Assembly: GCA_963841435.1 (NCBI GenBank)
Contig: CAWJCS010000001.1
Coordinates: 160,001 to 224,000, forward strand
Direction of reading: 5' to 3'
From: an uncultured delta proteobacterium
GTDB lineage: Bacteria; Myxococcota_A; Polyangia; Polyangiales; Polyangiaceae
DNA: 64,000 bases
Shown here piece after piece: positions 1-10,058 of the stretch; within the stretch, counting starts at the first letter, position 1; every line of letters begins with the position of its first letter. The notes beneath the pieces are model-generated. The model ran no database searches. It had not been told where the DNA came from and saw nothing but the letters and a program-made list of their open reading frames with translations. A program made the position numbers and the translations under genes.

Positions 1-47
1 TTCGTCTACTTCCAATTCTGAGGGTGACGCGCGGTCCCCGCCAAAGA

Positions 48-65
48 CTACGAGAGTAGTGCTAG
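48..65. mobile_element. Probable right terminal inverted repeat of a MITE/IS remnant extending off the 5' end of the window
   Basis: ctacgagagtagtgctag matches 15/18 nt of the right end of the element at 2365-2382 (ctctgacagtagtgctag), including the terminal CTAG. Confidence 0.45.
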
Positions 66-77
66 GGTCGGCGGAAA

Positions 78-662
78 ATGAGCGAGGTCGAGAAGAGTGA
101 GCAGGCGGACTCCGAGGAGCCTCTGGCGAGCTCCGCGAAGGACCCGGCGAAGGCAAGCCCGGGCGAAGGGACTGACGAGGGCTCGGCGCCCCCGAAGACC
201 GCGGCTGACAGCGAGGGATCCGAAGGGACCCCTGACCCAAGCGAAGCCGAAGCGGCAACGGCACCGCCCGGAGGCGAGGATGCGGCCGCGCGTGCGGACG
301 ACGCCGCGCCCGAAGCTCCGAAGAAGAAGAAAAAGAAGAAGAAACGCGCCGTTGACGAGCCGAAGGAGCCACGGACGGAGCTCGATGCCGAAGGTCGAGA
401 ACGTCCGCAGTTCGTGCTCGACTTCCCGTCCGATCCCGCGCTCGAACGGCTCGTTCGCGCCTTCGAGCTCGGCAACTACGCGTACGTGCGCGCACACGCT
501 CCCGAGCTCGCCGAATCGTCCGAGGATGCGCGCGTGCGCGACGCCGCCGCCGAGCTCGCTCGGCGCATCCAGCCGGACCCGCTCGTGAAGATCCTGCTCG
601 CCATGTCCGTGGCGCTGCTTCTGCTCGTCACGATCTGGACCTATCGCACGCATGGGCCGTGA
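78..662 (+). CDS. Hypothetical protein: acidic disordered N-terminus, poly-Lys tract, C-terminal transmembrane helix
   Basis: 194-aa ORF with GC-rich third positions; KKKKKKKKR; hydrophobic ILLAMSVALLLLVTIW. Confidence 0.7.
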   Translation: MSEVEKSEQADSEEPLASSAKDPAKASPGEGTDEGSAPPKTAADSEGSEGTPDPSEAEAATAPPGGEDAAARADDAAPEAPKKKKKKKKRAVDEPKEPRTELDAEGRERPQFVLDFPSDPALERLVRAFELGNYAYVRAHAPELAESSEDARVRDAAAELARRIQPDPLVKILLAMSVALLLLVTIWTYRTHGP

Positions 663-1239
663 GCGACGCGCGGCAGCGGTCGCTGTCCTCGCGCTCGGCT
701 GCGCGTCCGAGCGAGCCGTGGCCCCCGCCCCGGCCGCGTCCGTGCCGAGTGGTGTGGAGCGCTACCTCCCGCTGCCTGATGCCACGGTTTACACCTACGA
801 GACCCGCAGTGAGCCGAGCGGCGAGCGCGGGCTCTTGATTCTCGAGGTACGGCGGCCCCGCCCGGACCTCGCCGAGCTCGTCGTGGCGGGCCGTGCGCAA
901 CGCCTGACCATCAACGCGCACGACGTGGCGTACGTCACTGGAGGCTACCTGTTGCGTGAGCCGCTCACTCGCGGCGCCAAGTGGAAGGGTGACTTCGGGA
1001 CCGTGGAGCTTACGAACGTGGAGCGCAGCGTCACGTTGCCGGCCGGCGCTTTCTCGGGTTGCATCGAGACGGTCGAGCAGGCTCTCTCGAGCGAAGGCGA
1101 GAAGCGGACGACCACCGTGTTCTGCCCCGGCGTCGGGATTGCGAGCCGGGAAACCGAAGCCGAAGAGCAAGGGCTCCGCGCGAGCGAACGCATCATGCTG
1201 CGGAGCTTTGGGCCGCGCTTCGACCCCGCGGCACCCTGA
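652..1239 (+). CDS. Hypothetical lipoprotein
   Basis: Signal peptide with lipobox (VLALGC); overlaps the upstream stop; beta-rich body ending in FCPGVG. Confidence 0.7.
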   Translation: MGRERRAAAVAVLALGCASERAVAPAPAASVPSGVERYLPLPDATVYTYETRSEPSGERGLLILEVRRPRPDLAELVVAGRAQRLTINAHDVAYVTGGYLLREPLTRGAKWKGDFGTVELTNVERSVTLPAGAFSGCIETVEQALSSEGEKRTTTVFCPGVGIASRETEAEEQGLRASERIMLRSFGPRFDPAAP

Positions 1240-1297
1240 GAGCGGAGGCGCCGGGGTCGGTAACCGGACTCGTCCAGGGTCCGTATCCCATGGACGG

Positions 1298-2155
1298 ATG
1301 AGTCGCCCCATCGAGCACCGCACGGCGTCGTGGCTCGCCGCCGTCGCGGCGACGGGAGCCCTCGCCGCAGCGGGCTGCACCCGGGCCTCGACGTCACCGA
1401 GAGCGGACGTGGAGCCGATGGCGGTCGCGGTCGCCGAGCCGTCGCCCCACCGCCTGGAGCCGTTGCCGCCGCCCGCCCCGGTGGCGGTCGTCGAGCTGTT
1501 CACGTCCGAAGGTTGCTCGAGCTGCCCGCCCGCCGACGACAATCTTGCCGCCATCGCCGCGGAGGCGGCGAGCGGCGGGCAGAACGTGCTCACGCTCGAG
1601 CTGCACGTCAACTACTGGGACGACCTCGGCTGGCCCGACCCCTTCGCGAGCCGCGTCTACACGGACCGGCAACGCCGCTACGCGGATCACTTCGGTGCGC
1701 GCGGCGTCTACACGCCACAACTGGTCGTCAACGGCCGCGAGGAGCTCGTCGGTTCTCGCGCCGCCGAGGCACGTTCCGCCATCGCGCGTGCGCTCACACG
1801 CCCCGCCAAGGCGCGGGTGGCTGTCGCGGTCGAGCCTGGCGCGAGCCCCGACGCGCCGCTCAGCGTCACCTACCGGGCCGCGTACGGCGCACCGGGCGAG
1901 CTCAACCTCGCCGTCGTGGAGGACGCGGCCGAAGTTCGCGTGCTTCGCGGCGAAAACGCCCGCCGTACGCTGAGCCACCACAACGTCGTCCGCGCGTTCG
2001 CGATGCGCCGCTTCACGGGCTCGGCCGACGGCGCCTGGACACCCGCCGTCTCGCCTTCGCTCGGCGGCGGCGCCCTGCACGTCGTCGGCTACGTCACGGA
2101 CGCGCAATCGCTCGCGATCGTCGGCGCGGGCGCGAGTGGTGTGCTCGAGCGCTGA
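1298..2155 (+). CDS. DUF1223-family thioredoxin-like secreted protein/lipoprotein
   Basis: VVELFTSEGCSSCPPAD, HVNYWDDLGWPDPF, VYTPQLVVNG, RGENARRTLSHHNVVR; ATG 1298 chosen because a signal peptide with AAAGC follows it. Confidence 0.85.
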   Translation: MSRPIEHRTASWLAAVAATGALAAAGCTRASTSPRADVEPMAVAVAEPSPHRLEPLPPPAPVAVVELFTSEGCSSCPPADDNLAAIAAEAASGGQNVLTLELHVNYWDDLGWPDPFASRVYTDRQRRYADHFGARGVYTPQLVVNGREELVGSRAAEARSAIARALTRPAKARVAVAVEPGASPDAPLSVTYRAAYGAPGELNLAVVEDAAEVRVLRGENARRTLSHHNVVRAFAMRRFTGSADGAWTPAVSPSLGGGALHVVGYVTDAQSLAIVGAGASGVLER

Positions 2156-2177
2156 GCACGGCGGCCAGCGGAACGAG

Positions 2178-2382
2178 CTAGCACTACTGTCAGAGTCTTG
2201 GAGGAACAGATCACGATCCGGCAGAGAGAACATGAGCCACGAAAGCAACTGGCGCGGCCAGCGGGCGGCCGTCTTCGAGCACGAAATGGACGCAAGACGT
2301 GGGCGCCGCCGTCCGAAAAGTTCGCCGCTCGCCAATCTGCGAATTTCTCGAAGGAAACGCGAATCTCTGACAGTAGTGCTAG
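2178..2382. mobile_element. MITE-like non-autonomous element, 205 bp including both CTAG copies
   Basis: Perfect 18-bp inverted repeats ctagcactactgtcagag (2178-2195) and ctctgacagtagtgctag (2365-2382); no transposase; fills the gap between convergent genes. Confidence 0.7.
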
Positions 2383-2882
2383 ATGCCGCCGTCGGGCAGC
2401 ACGAGCTCCAGCGGCGCCTTCAGCGTGCAGGCGCCCTTCTCGCTGGTGAGCTCGAGTGGCGCCTGCATCGGATAGGCGGCGGTCTCCGCGATCATGCGAG
2501 CCGAGCCGAACGACCAGATCTGGCAGGAGAGCGCCTCGACACCCTCCACGGACGCTGCCCCACCTTCACCACCGGCTCCCGACGCTCCCGGGCCCGAGTC
2601 CGGCGGCCCGGCGTCGACGAGGTTGCCGTCCCGATCCGCCGCGTGACAGAACATCACTTCGGGGGTGCCCGGGTGCGCGAGCTCGAACGTCTCCTCGCCG
2701 CCGCCGTACTGAACGAGCAGCACGAGATCGGCTGGCAGCGGCCCCTCCGCGGCGCTGACGAGCACTTCGAAATCGGGCGCGCCGCTCGTGCAGGGCTCGG
2801 TCGGCCTGGGATCGGAGCCGCACGCGGCGGGCAGCTGTAGCAGGGCTGCCACGCCGACGAGAACGAGGAGACGGGTCCGCAT
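2379..2882 (-). CDS. Hypothetical lipoprotein
   Basis: MRTRLLVLVGVAALLQLPAAC lipoprotein signal from ATG 2882; several Cys and a Gly-rich insert; its TAG stop lies inside the MITE-end CTAG. Confidence 0.7.
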   Translation of the reverse strand: MRTRLLVLVGVAALLQLPAACGSDPRPTEPCTSGAPDFEVLVSAAEGPLPADLVLLVQYGGGEETFELAHPGTPEVMFCHAADRDGNLVDAGPPDSGPGASGAGGEGGAASVEGVEALSCQIWSFGSARMIAETAAYPMQAPLELTSEKGACTLKAPLELVLPDGGI

Positions 2883-2940
2883 GACCGGTGGGTGGGTGAT
2901 CCTAGGCGTCCCGCCCCTTCGGCGAAAGTCTTCACCCGCC

Positions 2941-3072
2941 ACAAAACACGAACGGCGAGCGGCTGTTTCATGGTCGGCGGGGCCCCGGCCCCGCCTCGCG
3001 AGCGAGCTCGGGTCCGCCGCGCGAGGGCACGGTGCCACGCGGCTTCGGCTCGACAAAACACGAACGGCGAGC
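2941..3072. repeat. Exact 20-bp direct repeat acaaaacacgaacggcgagc (2941-2960 and 3053-3072)
   Basis: Read directly; the second copy is the U-tract plus one arm of the groEL terminator. Confidence 0.85.
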
Positions 3073-3092
3073 CTTGTGGGCTCGCCGTTCGT
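3052..3092 (-). terminator. Intrinsic terminator of groES-groEL
   Basis: 14-bp perfect stem acgaacggcgagcc/ggctcgccgttcgt (3060-3092) with a 5-nt loop, followed on the minus strand by GTTTTG, about 55 nt after the groEL stop. Confidence 0.8.
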
Positions 3093-3148
3093 CTTGACGA
3101 CGCTTTCAGTTGGTCGTCGTTGGGGCCGGGGGCCCCAACGACCGATGA

Positions 3149-4786
<1,638 letters not shown>

Positions 4787-4815
4787 TCAAAAACTCCTTC
4801 GAGTGCTTTCTTCGA

Positions 4816-5112
4816 TCACTTCTCGATGACGCCGAGGATGTCGTCCTCGCGCAAAATGAGGTGCTCTTCCCCGTCGAGCTTCACCTCGGTCCCGCTGTAC
4901 TTGCCGAACAGGATGCGGTCGCCCGGCTTCACGTCGAGAGGCCGAACCTTTCCGTCGTCCTGGACCTTGCCGTTGCCGACGGCGATGACTTCACCCTCGA
5001 CCGGCTTCTCCTTCGCGGAGTCCGGGATGATGATCCCGCCCTTGGTCTTTTCCTCTTCCTTGACGCGCTTGACGATCACGCGGTCCTGCAGGGGTCGAAT
5101 CTTCGCGGACAT
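4816..5112 (-). CDS. groES: Co-chaperonin GroES
   Basis: [13 protein letters not shown]...[13 protein letters not shown]...GKYSGTEVK; directly upstream of groEL. Confidence 0.99.
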   Translation of the reverse strand: MSAKIRPLQDRVIVKRVKEEEKTKGGIIIPDSAKEKPVEGEVIAVGNGKVQDDGKVRPLDVKPGDRILFGKYSGTEVKLDGEEHLILREDDILGVIEK

Positions 5113-5262
5113 TCACTCCTCCGGTCTTGCTTGATGCTGGGTAGTTCCGGTCCGACGCACCGCTTCACGCGGTGTTCAGACACCCTCGCCCGACGCCCAG
5201 AATTGAGGCCGTTCGAGGGGGCCTGAGGCACGTAAGATGCCGGAATAACTCGATTTACCGGG

Positions 5263-5289
5263 CTGGCACTCACCTTTGGCGAGTGCTAG
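5263..5289. promoter_or_regulatory. CIRCE element (HrcA operator)
   Basis: CTGGCACTC-N9-GAGTGCTAG versus consensus TTAGCACTC-N9-GAGTGCTAA, upstream of groES. Confidence 0.92.
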
Positions 5290-5303
5290 CGCCAGGTGGC
5301 TGG

Positions 5304-5331
5304 AAGGTAGGCAGCAAGCGCCGTCTGTCAA
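5304..5331 (-). promoter_or_regulatory. Sigma70-type promoter of groES-groEL
   Basis: Minus strand TTGACA (5331-5326), 16-nt spacer, TACCTT (5309-5304), placing the CIRCE just downstream of the start site. Confidence 0.7.
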
Positions 5332-5383
5332 GGCGCCGGGGGAAAAAAAATACCGCGCGAGGTCACGATCCTCGGGGTTTCGG

Positions 5384-5410
5384 CTGGCAGCAGTGGGTGG
5401 AGACTGCCAA
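5384..5410. promoter_or_regulatory. Second, degenerate CIRCE-like operator
   Basis: CTGGCAGCA-N9-GACTGCCAA; right half 7/9 to GAGTGCTAA, exact 9-nt spacer, internal TGGCAG/CTGCCA symmetry. Confidence 0.5.
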
Positions 5411-5554
5411 ACAAAATCGTCGGGACCTGTACGGGCGAGCAGCATTGTCGCTAACTTCATGAAACGTTCCGTCGTTTAATTGGTAGAGCGTGACGAATCG
5501 AAGACGTTCGCATCTGTTCTCCCGGGACCACCGAGGTCGAGTCGGAGGGCCGGT

Positions 5555-6187
5555 ATGACGCGCGGCCCGGCGCCCTCGGTTGAGATTGATCTCTCCGCCG
5601 ACGTGCACGGGTACTTCGCCGAGCTACTGACCGCGGCCACCGAGGATCAGGGAATCGCCTCGACGGACGCGACGACGGCTTACGTCGCCGCGCTGCTTGC
5701 CGACTTCGCGCAGCCCGGCGTCCTCTGCCAGTCGGCGCTGGAGCGGCCGTTCACGCTGCTGCTCGCAGAGGCGTACGAGAGCGTGGGCCACGAGCGCTTC
5801 GAGCGCCTGCGCGCCGTCGGCGACGGAGCGCTCTACCTGCGCGGCTTCTTCTCCGAGCACCTCGAGACTCGTGGCGTCGCGCTGCGCTACGTGAGCTCCG
5901 TGGGCGCGAGCGCCTATGACGGTGCGGCGAGCATGCTGCGGCGCAACGTCAGCACCGAAGCGTGCTCCGTGCCCGATGTGTTCGGTGAGCTTTCGGAGCG
6001 GTTCGATGCCTTCGTTGCGCTCCTTTCGAGCGTGGCCGACCGCATCGTCGCGCAGAGCAGCGGTGCTTCCGCTGGCGGGGTGCTCCGCCTGTACGAGCGT
6101 TGGCTCCGCACGGGCTCGGACGAGATGGCACGGGCGCTCGGTGCGCAGGGCCTTTTGCCTCAACGCGGGAGCGGCGTGCTGCAGTGA
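5555..6187 (+). CDS. Hypothetical alpha-helical protein divergent from groES
   Basis: GGAGGG RBS before ATG 5555; RFERLRAVGDGALYLRGFF and LYERWLRTGS segments; GC-rich third positions. Confidence 0.8.
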   Translation: MTRGPAPSVEIDLSADVHGYFAELLTAATEDQGIASTDATTAYVAALLADFAQPGVLCQSALERPFTLLLAEAYESVGHERFERLRAVGDGALYLRGFFSEHLETRGVALRYVSSVGASAYDGAASMLRRNVSTEACSVPDVFGELSERFDAFVALLSSVADRIVAQSSGASAGGVLRLYERWLRTGSDEMARALGAQGLLPQRGSGVLQ

Positions 6188-6783
6188 GCGAGCACGGTGC
6201 CCGCCTGACGCGACGCACCAAACGAGCCCTGTTCCGCGTGCAGTCACGGCTCGAGCGCTACTACGCGCTCGAGGGCGCGCCGAACGTCGTGGACTTCGCT
6301 TCCACGGCCTCGGCCGGCGAGCGCGAGGCCCTCTTCGTGCGTGACCTCGGCGAGCACGTCGAGATGATGCTGCGCGTGCCGTCGGCGCCCCGGCCCGGCG
6401 CTGCGAGCGACGAGTACCTGCAGCTCTGCGAGGGAGTGAGCCACTTTCTCTTCCTCGCAGAGCGCGTTCGAGTCGGCCTGCCCGCCACGCAGCTCGAGCT
6501 CGAGCTCCAGGCGGAGGTCAACAAGTTCGTCCTGCTCGCGCTCGAGCCAGCGGCCGCAGACCCCCGCCACGCTCGCGGCCTGCATTCGCGGCTGTTCAAC
6601 GACGTGGTCTACCTGCACCCGGCCGACACGGAAGCCGGCGAGCGCTACCGCCTCGCGAACGATCTTGCGGCGCGCCTTTCGCTCAGGCTGCTCGAGCGCG
6701 ACCCCGTCGAGGCACGCTCCCTTCTGCGGCGCTTCTACCGCGCCGGGCAGACCGAAAAGATCGCCCTCGCACGCGCCGCGTAG
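6184..6783 (+). CDS. Hypothetical protein, possibly zincin-like
   Basis: GTG start overlapping the upstream TGA (GTGA); EGVSHF...LELELQAEVNKF and ERYRLANDLA. Confidence 0.75.
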   Translation: MSEHGARLTRRTKRALFRVQSRLERYYALEGAPNVVDFASTASAGEREALFVRDLGEHVEMMLRVPSAPRPGAASDEYLQLCEGVSHFLFLAERVRVGLPATQLELELQAEVNKFVLLALEPAAADPRHARGLHSRLFNDVVYLHPADTEAGERYRLANDLAARLSLRLLERDPVEARSLLRRFYRAGQTEKIALARAA

Positions 6784-6810
6784 GACCGTGGTGCGCCTGC
6801 GTCGGCGCCA

Positions 6811-8568
6811 ATGCTAAAAGGGGCCCGAGTGCCGTCTCGCGCCACGCTCGTTCGCTTCGTTCGCGCGGCCCTGCCGTGGCTCGCCATCGCGATCCCGTGC
6901 GCACTCGTGTTCGGCCCTGGGGTCTACCGGCACTTCGCGTCGTCGTTCAACCTGAACCGCATCGCCGACGATACCCGCATCCAGCTCCCCTATTATTACC
7001 ACTACGTCGATTCGGAGCTCTTTCGTGGCGATCTGCTCGCGCGCTATCACGGCGACGGCGTCGGTGACGTTTGGCGCCTCCTCTACATCCTGTGGGCACA
7101 GTTCGCCGATCCGCTCACGCTGAGCCGACTGCTTCCCATGCCGCTCTACGCGGTGACGCTCGCGGCAGTCGCCGTGGCAGGCAACAACGTCGCCGGCAAG
7201 CCGGGAGCCTTCGTGGCGCTCGCCCTGTGCCTGGGCGCCTCGGCGATGATCGGCAGGCTGAGCGGTGGGCTCCCTCGCTCGTTCGTGTGCCCGCTTCTGT
7301 GCTGGCTGGTTGCGTGCTTGACCGGCGGCTGGATTCGGGGTGCCGCCATCATCACGGTCATCGGCGCAGGCCTCTACCCGATCGTCACGGTTATCGGCGG
7401 CATTTGCCTTGCCATCGTGCTGCTCGTTATGCCGGCGGCCGACCGGGGAAGCGCTGCGAGCTGGTCTTTCAAGCGCCGCGTGGCGGTCCTCGCCATCACG
7501 GCAGGCGCCGCGGGAGCGCTCGTCGCCCCGTTCGCGATCCGCGTGCGGCCGTTCGGCACCACCATTACGCCGGCGATGCTCGCGGAGTTTCCCGAGGCCG
7601 GCCCTGGCGGTCGGTCGAACGACATCGACTGTGCACCCTTCCCCCCGTTCTTCGAGGCTGCCGCTGCCATGGCGACGCGCTCACTTTTCGGGACGGGTGA
7701 CCGCCTCGTTTCCGCCGTCGGCAAGCCGCTTCGCAAGCCGGGCTCGGGTCGCGCCGTCTTCCTCACCTTGCTCGTGCTCGTTTCGGTGTTCGGCGTGTTC
7801 CGGCTCGGCCGCGTGAGCGCGGCCGTCCGGCGCCTCGCGGCCTTCGCCGCCGCGATTGGCATCGGTTACACGTTGGCAGACGCCGTGACGCCCGCGCTCG
7901 TCGTGCCGGAGCGCTACACGCACTACGGCATGCCGGCGCTCGTGCCCGTCGCGCTCGCTGGGGCGCTCTTCGGCCTCATGCCGTGGCGCCTGCTGCAACC
8001 GCGTGACGCCCCCAGCGCTCGGCGCAGGGCCGCAGTCTGGCTCGTGGGCGTGGGTGGGCTGCTCGTGGCTGCGGTCGGTAGCACGGGTCTGCCCCGGCAG
8101 GTGCTCGATGTGGAGCTTTCCGTCGGCGACCAAGGCTTGTACCGAGCGGTGGAGCGGCTCCCAAAGCACGCCGTGGTCGCAGGCTGGCCGACAGGGGTCA
8201 TGGATCAAGTCCCGCTCGTCACGAAACGCATCGCGTTTCTCACGCGGCAGATGCACGTGCCGTATCACGCGAAGCAGACGCTGATGATGCGAGGGCGGAT
8301 GCGCGCGCTCATCCAGGCTTACTTCGCGATCGATCCTGCCCCGCTCTTGAAACTGCGCGACGAGCTCGGCGTGACGCATTTGGTCGTCGAGTGGCGGTAC
8401 CTACGGGACAAACCGCCACATTACTTCCGCCCCTTCCGCGTGGACATCAGGCGCGCACTCCGCCGCGCGAAGGGCAAATCCTTCGAGCTCGAGCGCCAAG
8501 CCGCGACTTCAAAAGTCTTCGAAGACCGCAACTACACGCTGCTCGACCTGTCGCGCCTCCGGCGTTGA
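6811..8568 (+). CDS. Multi-pass membrane protein, GT-C glycosyltransferase-like
   Basis: About 10 or more hydrophobic segments; acidic DD in the first external loop (RIADDTRIQ); C-terminal soluble domain ending LGVTHLVV; start may be GTG 6829. Confidence 0.65.
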   Translation: MLKGARVPSRATLVRFVRAALPWLAIAIPCALVFGPGVYRHFASSFNLNRIADDTRIQLPYYYHYVDSELFRGDLLARYHGDGVGDVWRLLYILWAQFADPLTLSRLLPMPLYAVTLAAVAVAGNNVAGKPGAFVALALCLGASAMIGRLSGGLPRSFVCPLLCWLVACLTGGWIRGAAIITVIGAGLYPIVTVIGGICLAIVLLVMPAADRGSAASWSFKRRVAVLAITAGAAGALVAPFAIRVRPFGTTITPAMLAEFPEAGPGGRSNDIDCAPFPPFFEAAAAMATRSLFGTGDRLVSAVGKPLRKPGSGRAVFLTLLVLVSVFGVFRLGRVSAAVRRLAAFAAAIGIGYTLADAVTPALVVPERYTHYGMPALVPVALAGALFGLMPWRLLQPRDAPSARRRAAVWLVGVGGLLVAAVGSTGLPRQVLDVELSVGDQGLYRAVERLPKHAVVAGWPTGVMDQVPLVTKRIAFLTRQMHVPYHAKQTLMMRGRMRALIQAYFAIDPAPLLKLRDELGVTHLVVEWRYLRDKPPHYFRPFRVDIRRALRRAKGKSFELERQAATSKVFEDRNYTLLDLSRLRR

Positions 8569-8699
8569 ATCGGACGGCGCGCGACCGATCTGCGACACGA
8601 CGACACGAGCTCTCGGCCTGGCGGCCGCCTACGGCCAAGGCTGTAGCTGCGTCGTTCGGCTTGAGTGCGCGTCGGGGCGCTGCAATAGTTGCAGGCGGG

Positions 8700-9995
8700 A
8701 TGGGAAACGATGCCTCGCATGGCGCGGCCCGAGCTCGACGCTGGCCGCCCGTCCTACGCCTTTCGTTGCGCGGGATCGTCGGCGTTGGCGCCCTCTTCGT
8801 CGCCGCGTACCTGGTGGCGCTGAGCCTCGAGCCGGGGCTCACCCGAGGCGCGACGCACCGCTGGCTCAATGACCCCTACGATCGCGGGATCTACTTCAAG
8901 CGCTCGCAGTGGTACCCGCGGCACCGGGTGCCCTACCGCCAGGTGTTCTCGGAGTACCCGACGGTCGCGACGCTCGCTTTCGCGGCCCCGCACCTCATGC
9001 CGGGCGGCGCGCACCTCAAACGGGCGAGCTATGAGCTGCGCTGGTCCGCGCTCATGGCCGCCGTGTTGCTCTCGACCATCGCGCTCATCGCGGTCTTCCG
9101 TCGCAAAATCGGGGAGCGGGCTGAGGTGGCGCTGCTCTTGCTCCTGCCCTCGACGCTGTACTTCAGCCTGATGCGCTTCGACATCCTGTGCGCGGCGCTC
9201 GTCTGTGCGAGCCTATGGGCCTTCAAGAGTGGCCGTTACCTTGCCGCGCACGTCGTGCTCGCCATTGCCACGTACACGAAGTGGTACCCTGTCGTCGTCT
9301 TCCCCGTCTTCCTTGCGTACCACTTTGCCAACGAGAAGCCCCTTTCGTTGCGACCGCGTGAGCTGCTGCGCACCGCCACCGTTCGCTACGGTGCCGCGTA
9401 CGTCCTGACCGTCGCGGCGATCACGGTCGCGAGCGTCGTGGCTTTCAGCTGGAAGGGCTTTCTCGTGCCGTATCGCTTCCACGGGGCCCGTGGCGCACAG
9501 TACATCAACCCGTATTTCATCGCCGACCACGTTCGCCACGCACTCGGCATCAAAAAGGCGGGTCTTGGGTGGATGAATCTGGCCTTTCTTGGCCTTCAGC
9601 TCTCGATTCTTCCCATCCTCCTATCTAAACGCGTCTGCACGATGACGGACGTTTTTCGCTACGCGACCCTCGCGATCTTCCTCTTCGTAGTCTTTGCTCG
9701 CATCGACTCGCCGCAATGGCTCCTCTGGTACGTCACGCCCGTGCTGATGTTCGCACGGCGGCCGGCCACGCTCTGGGTTGCCGGTGCGCTTTCAATCTGG
9801 AACTACGTCGTTTTTCCGTTCGCTTTCGACGAATACAAGGGCCAGGCGGGGGGGCTCGTGTTCTCGAGCATCGTGCTCGCCAAAGACGCGCTCGCCGCGG
9901 TCTTGATTGCCCTCGTCTTTCGCGACTCCTTGCCGGACGCGGAGGCGACTGCTCCTGCAGAGCCGCACCCTCCGCGCCCGGCCGAGCTGGTTTGA
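8700..9995 (+). CDS. GT87-like (DUF2029) membrane glycosyltransferase
   Basis: PYRQVFSEYPT, RFDILCA, TKWYP and SPQWLLW motifs; many TM helices. Confidence 0.8.
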   Translation: MGNDASHGAARARRWPPVLRLSLRGIVGVGALFVAAYLVALSLEPGLTRGATHRWLNDPYDRGIYFKRSQWYPRHRVPYRQVFSEYPTVATLAFAAPHLMPGGAHLKRASYELRWSALMAAVLLSTIALIAVFRRKIGERAEVALLLLLPSTLYFSLMRFDILCAALVCASLWAFKSGRYLAAHVVLAIATYTKWYPVVVFPVFLAYHFANEKPLSLRPRELLRTATVRYGAAYVLTVAAITVASVVAFSWKGFLVPYRFHGARGAQYINPYFIADHVRHALGIKKAGLGWMNLAFLGLQLSILPILLSKRVCTMTDVFRYATLAIFLFVVFARIDSPQWLLWYVTPVLMFARRPATLWVAGALSIWNYVVFPFAFDEYKGQAGGLVFSSIVLAKDALAAVLIALVFRDSLPDAEATAPAEPHPPRPAELV

Positions 9996-10058
9996 GCGAT
10001 CTCGGCCCTTCGTTCGACGTTGGCGTCTGCCGCGCGTCGTGGCGACAGGGCAGCGCGA

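Noticed and set aside
5468-5535. tRNA-like words (gtttaattggtagagc, gttcgcatc, gggaccacc)
   Set aside because: No room for an anticodon arm and no pairing acceptor or T stems; more likely promoter sequence
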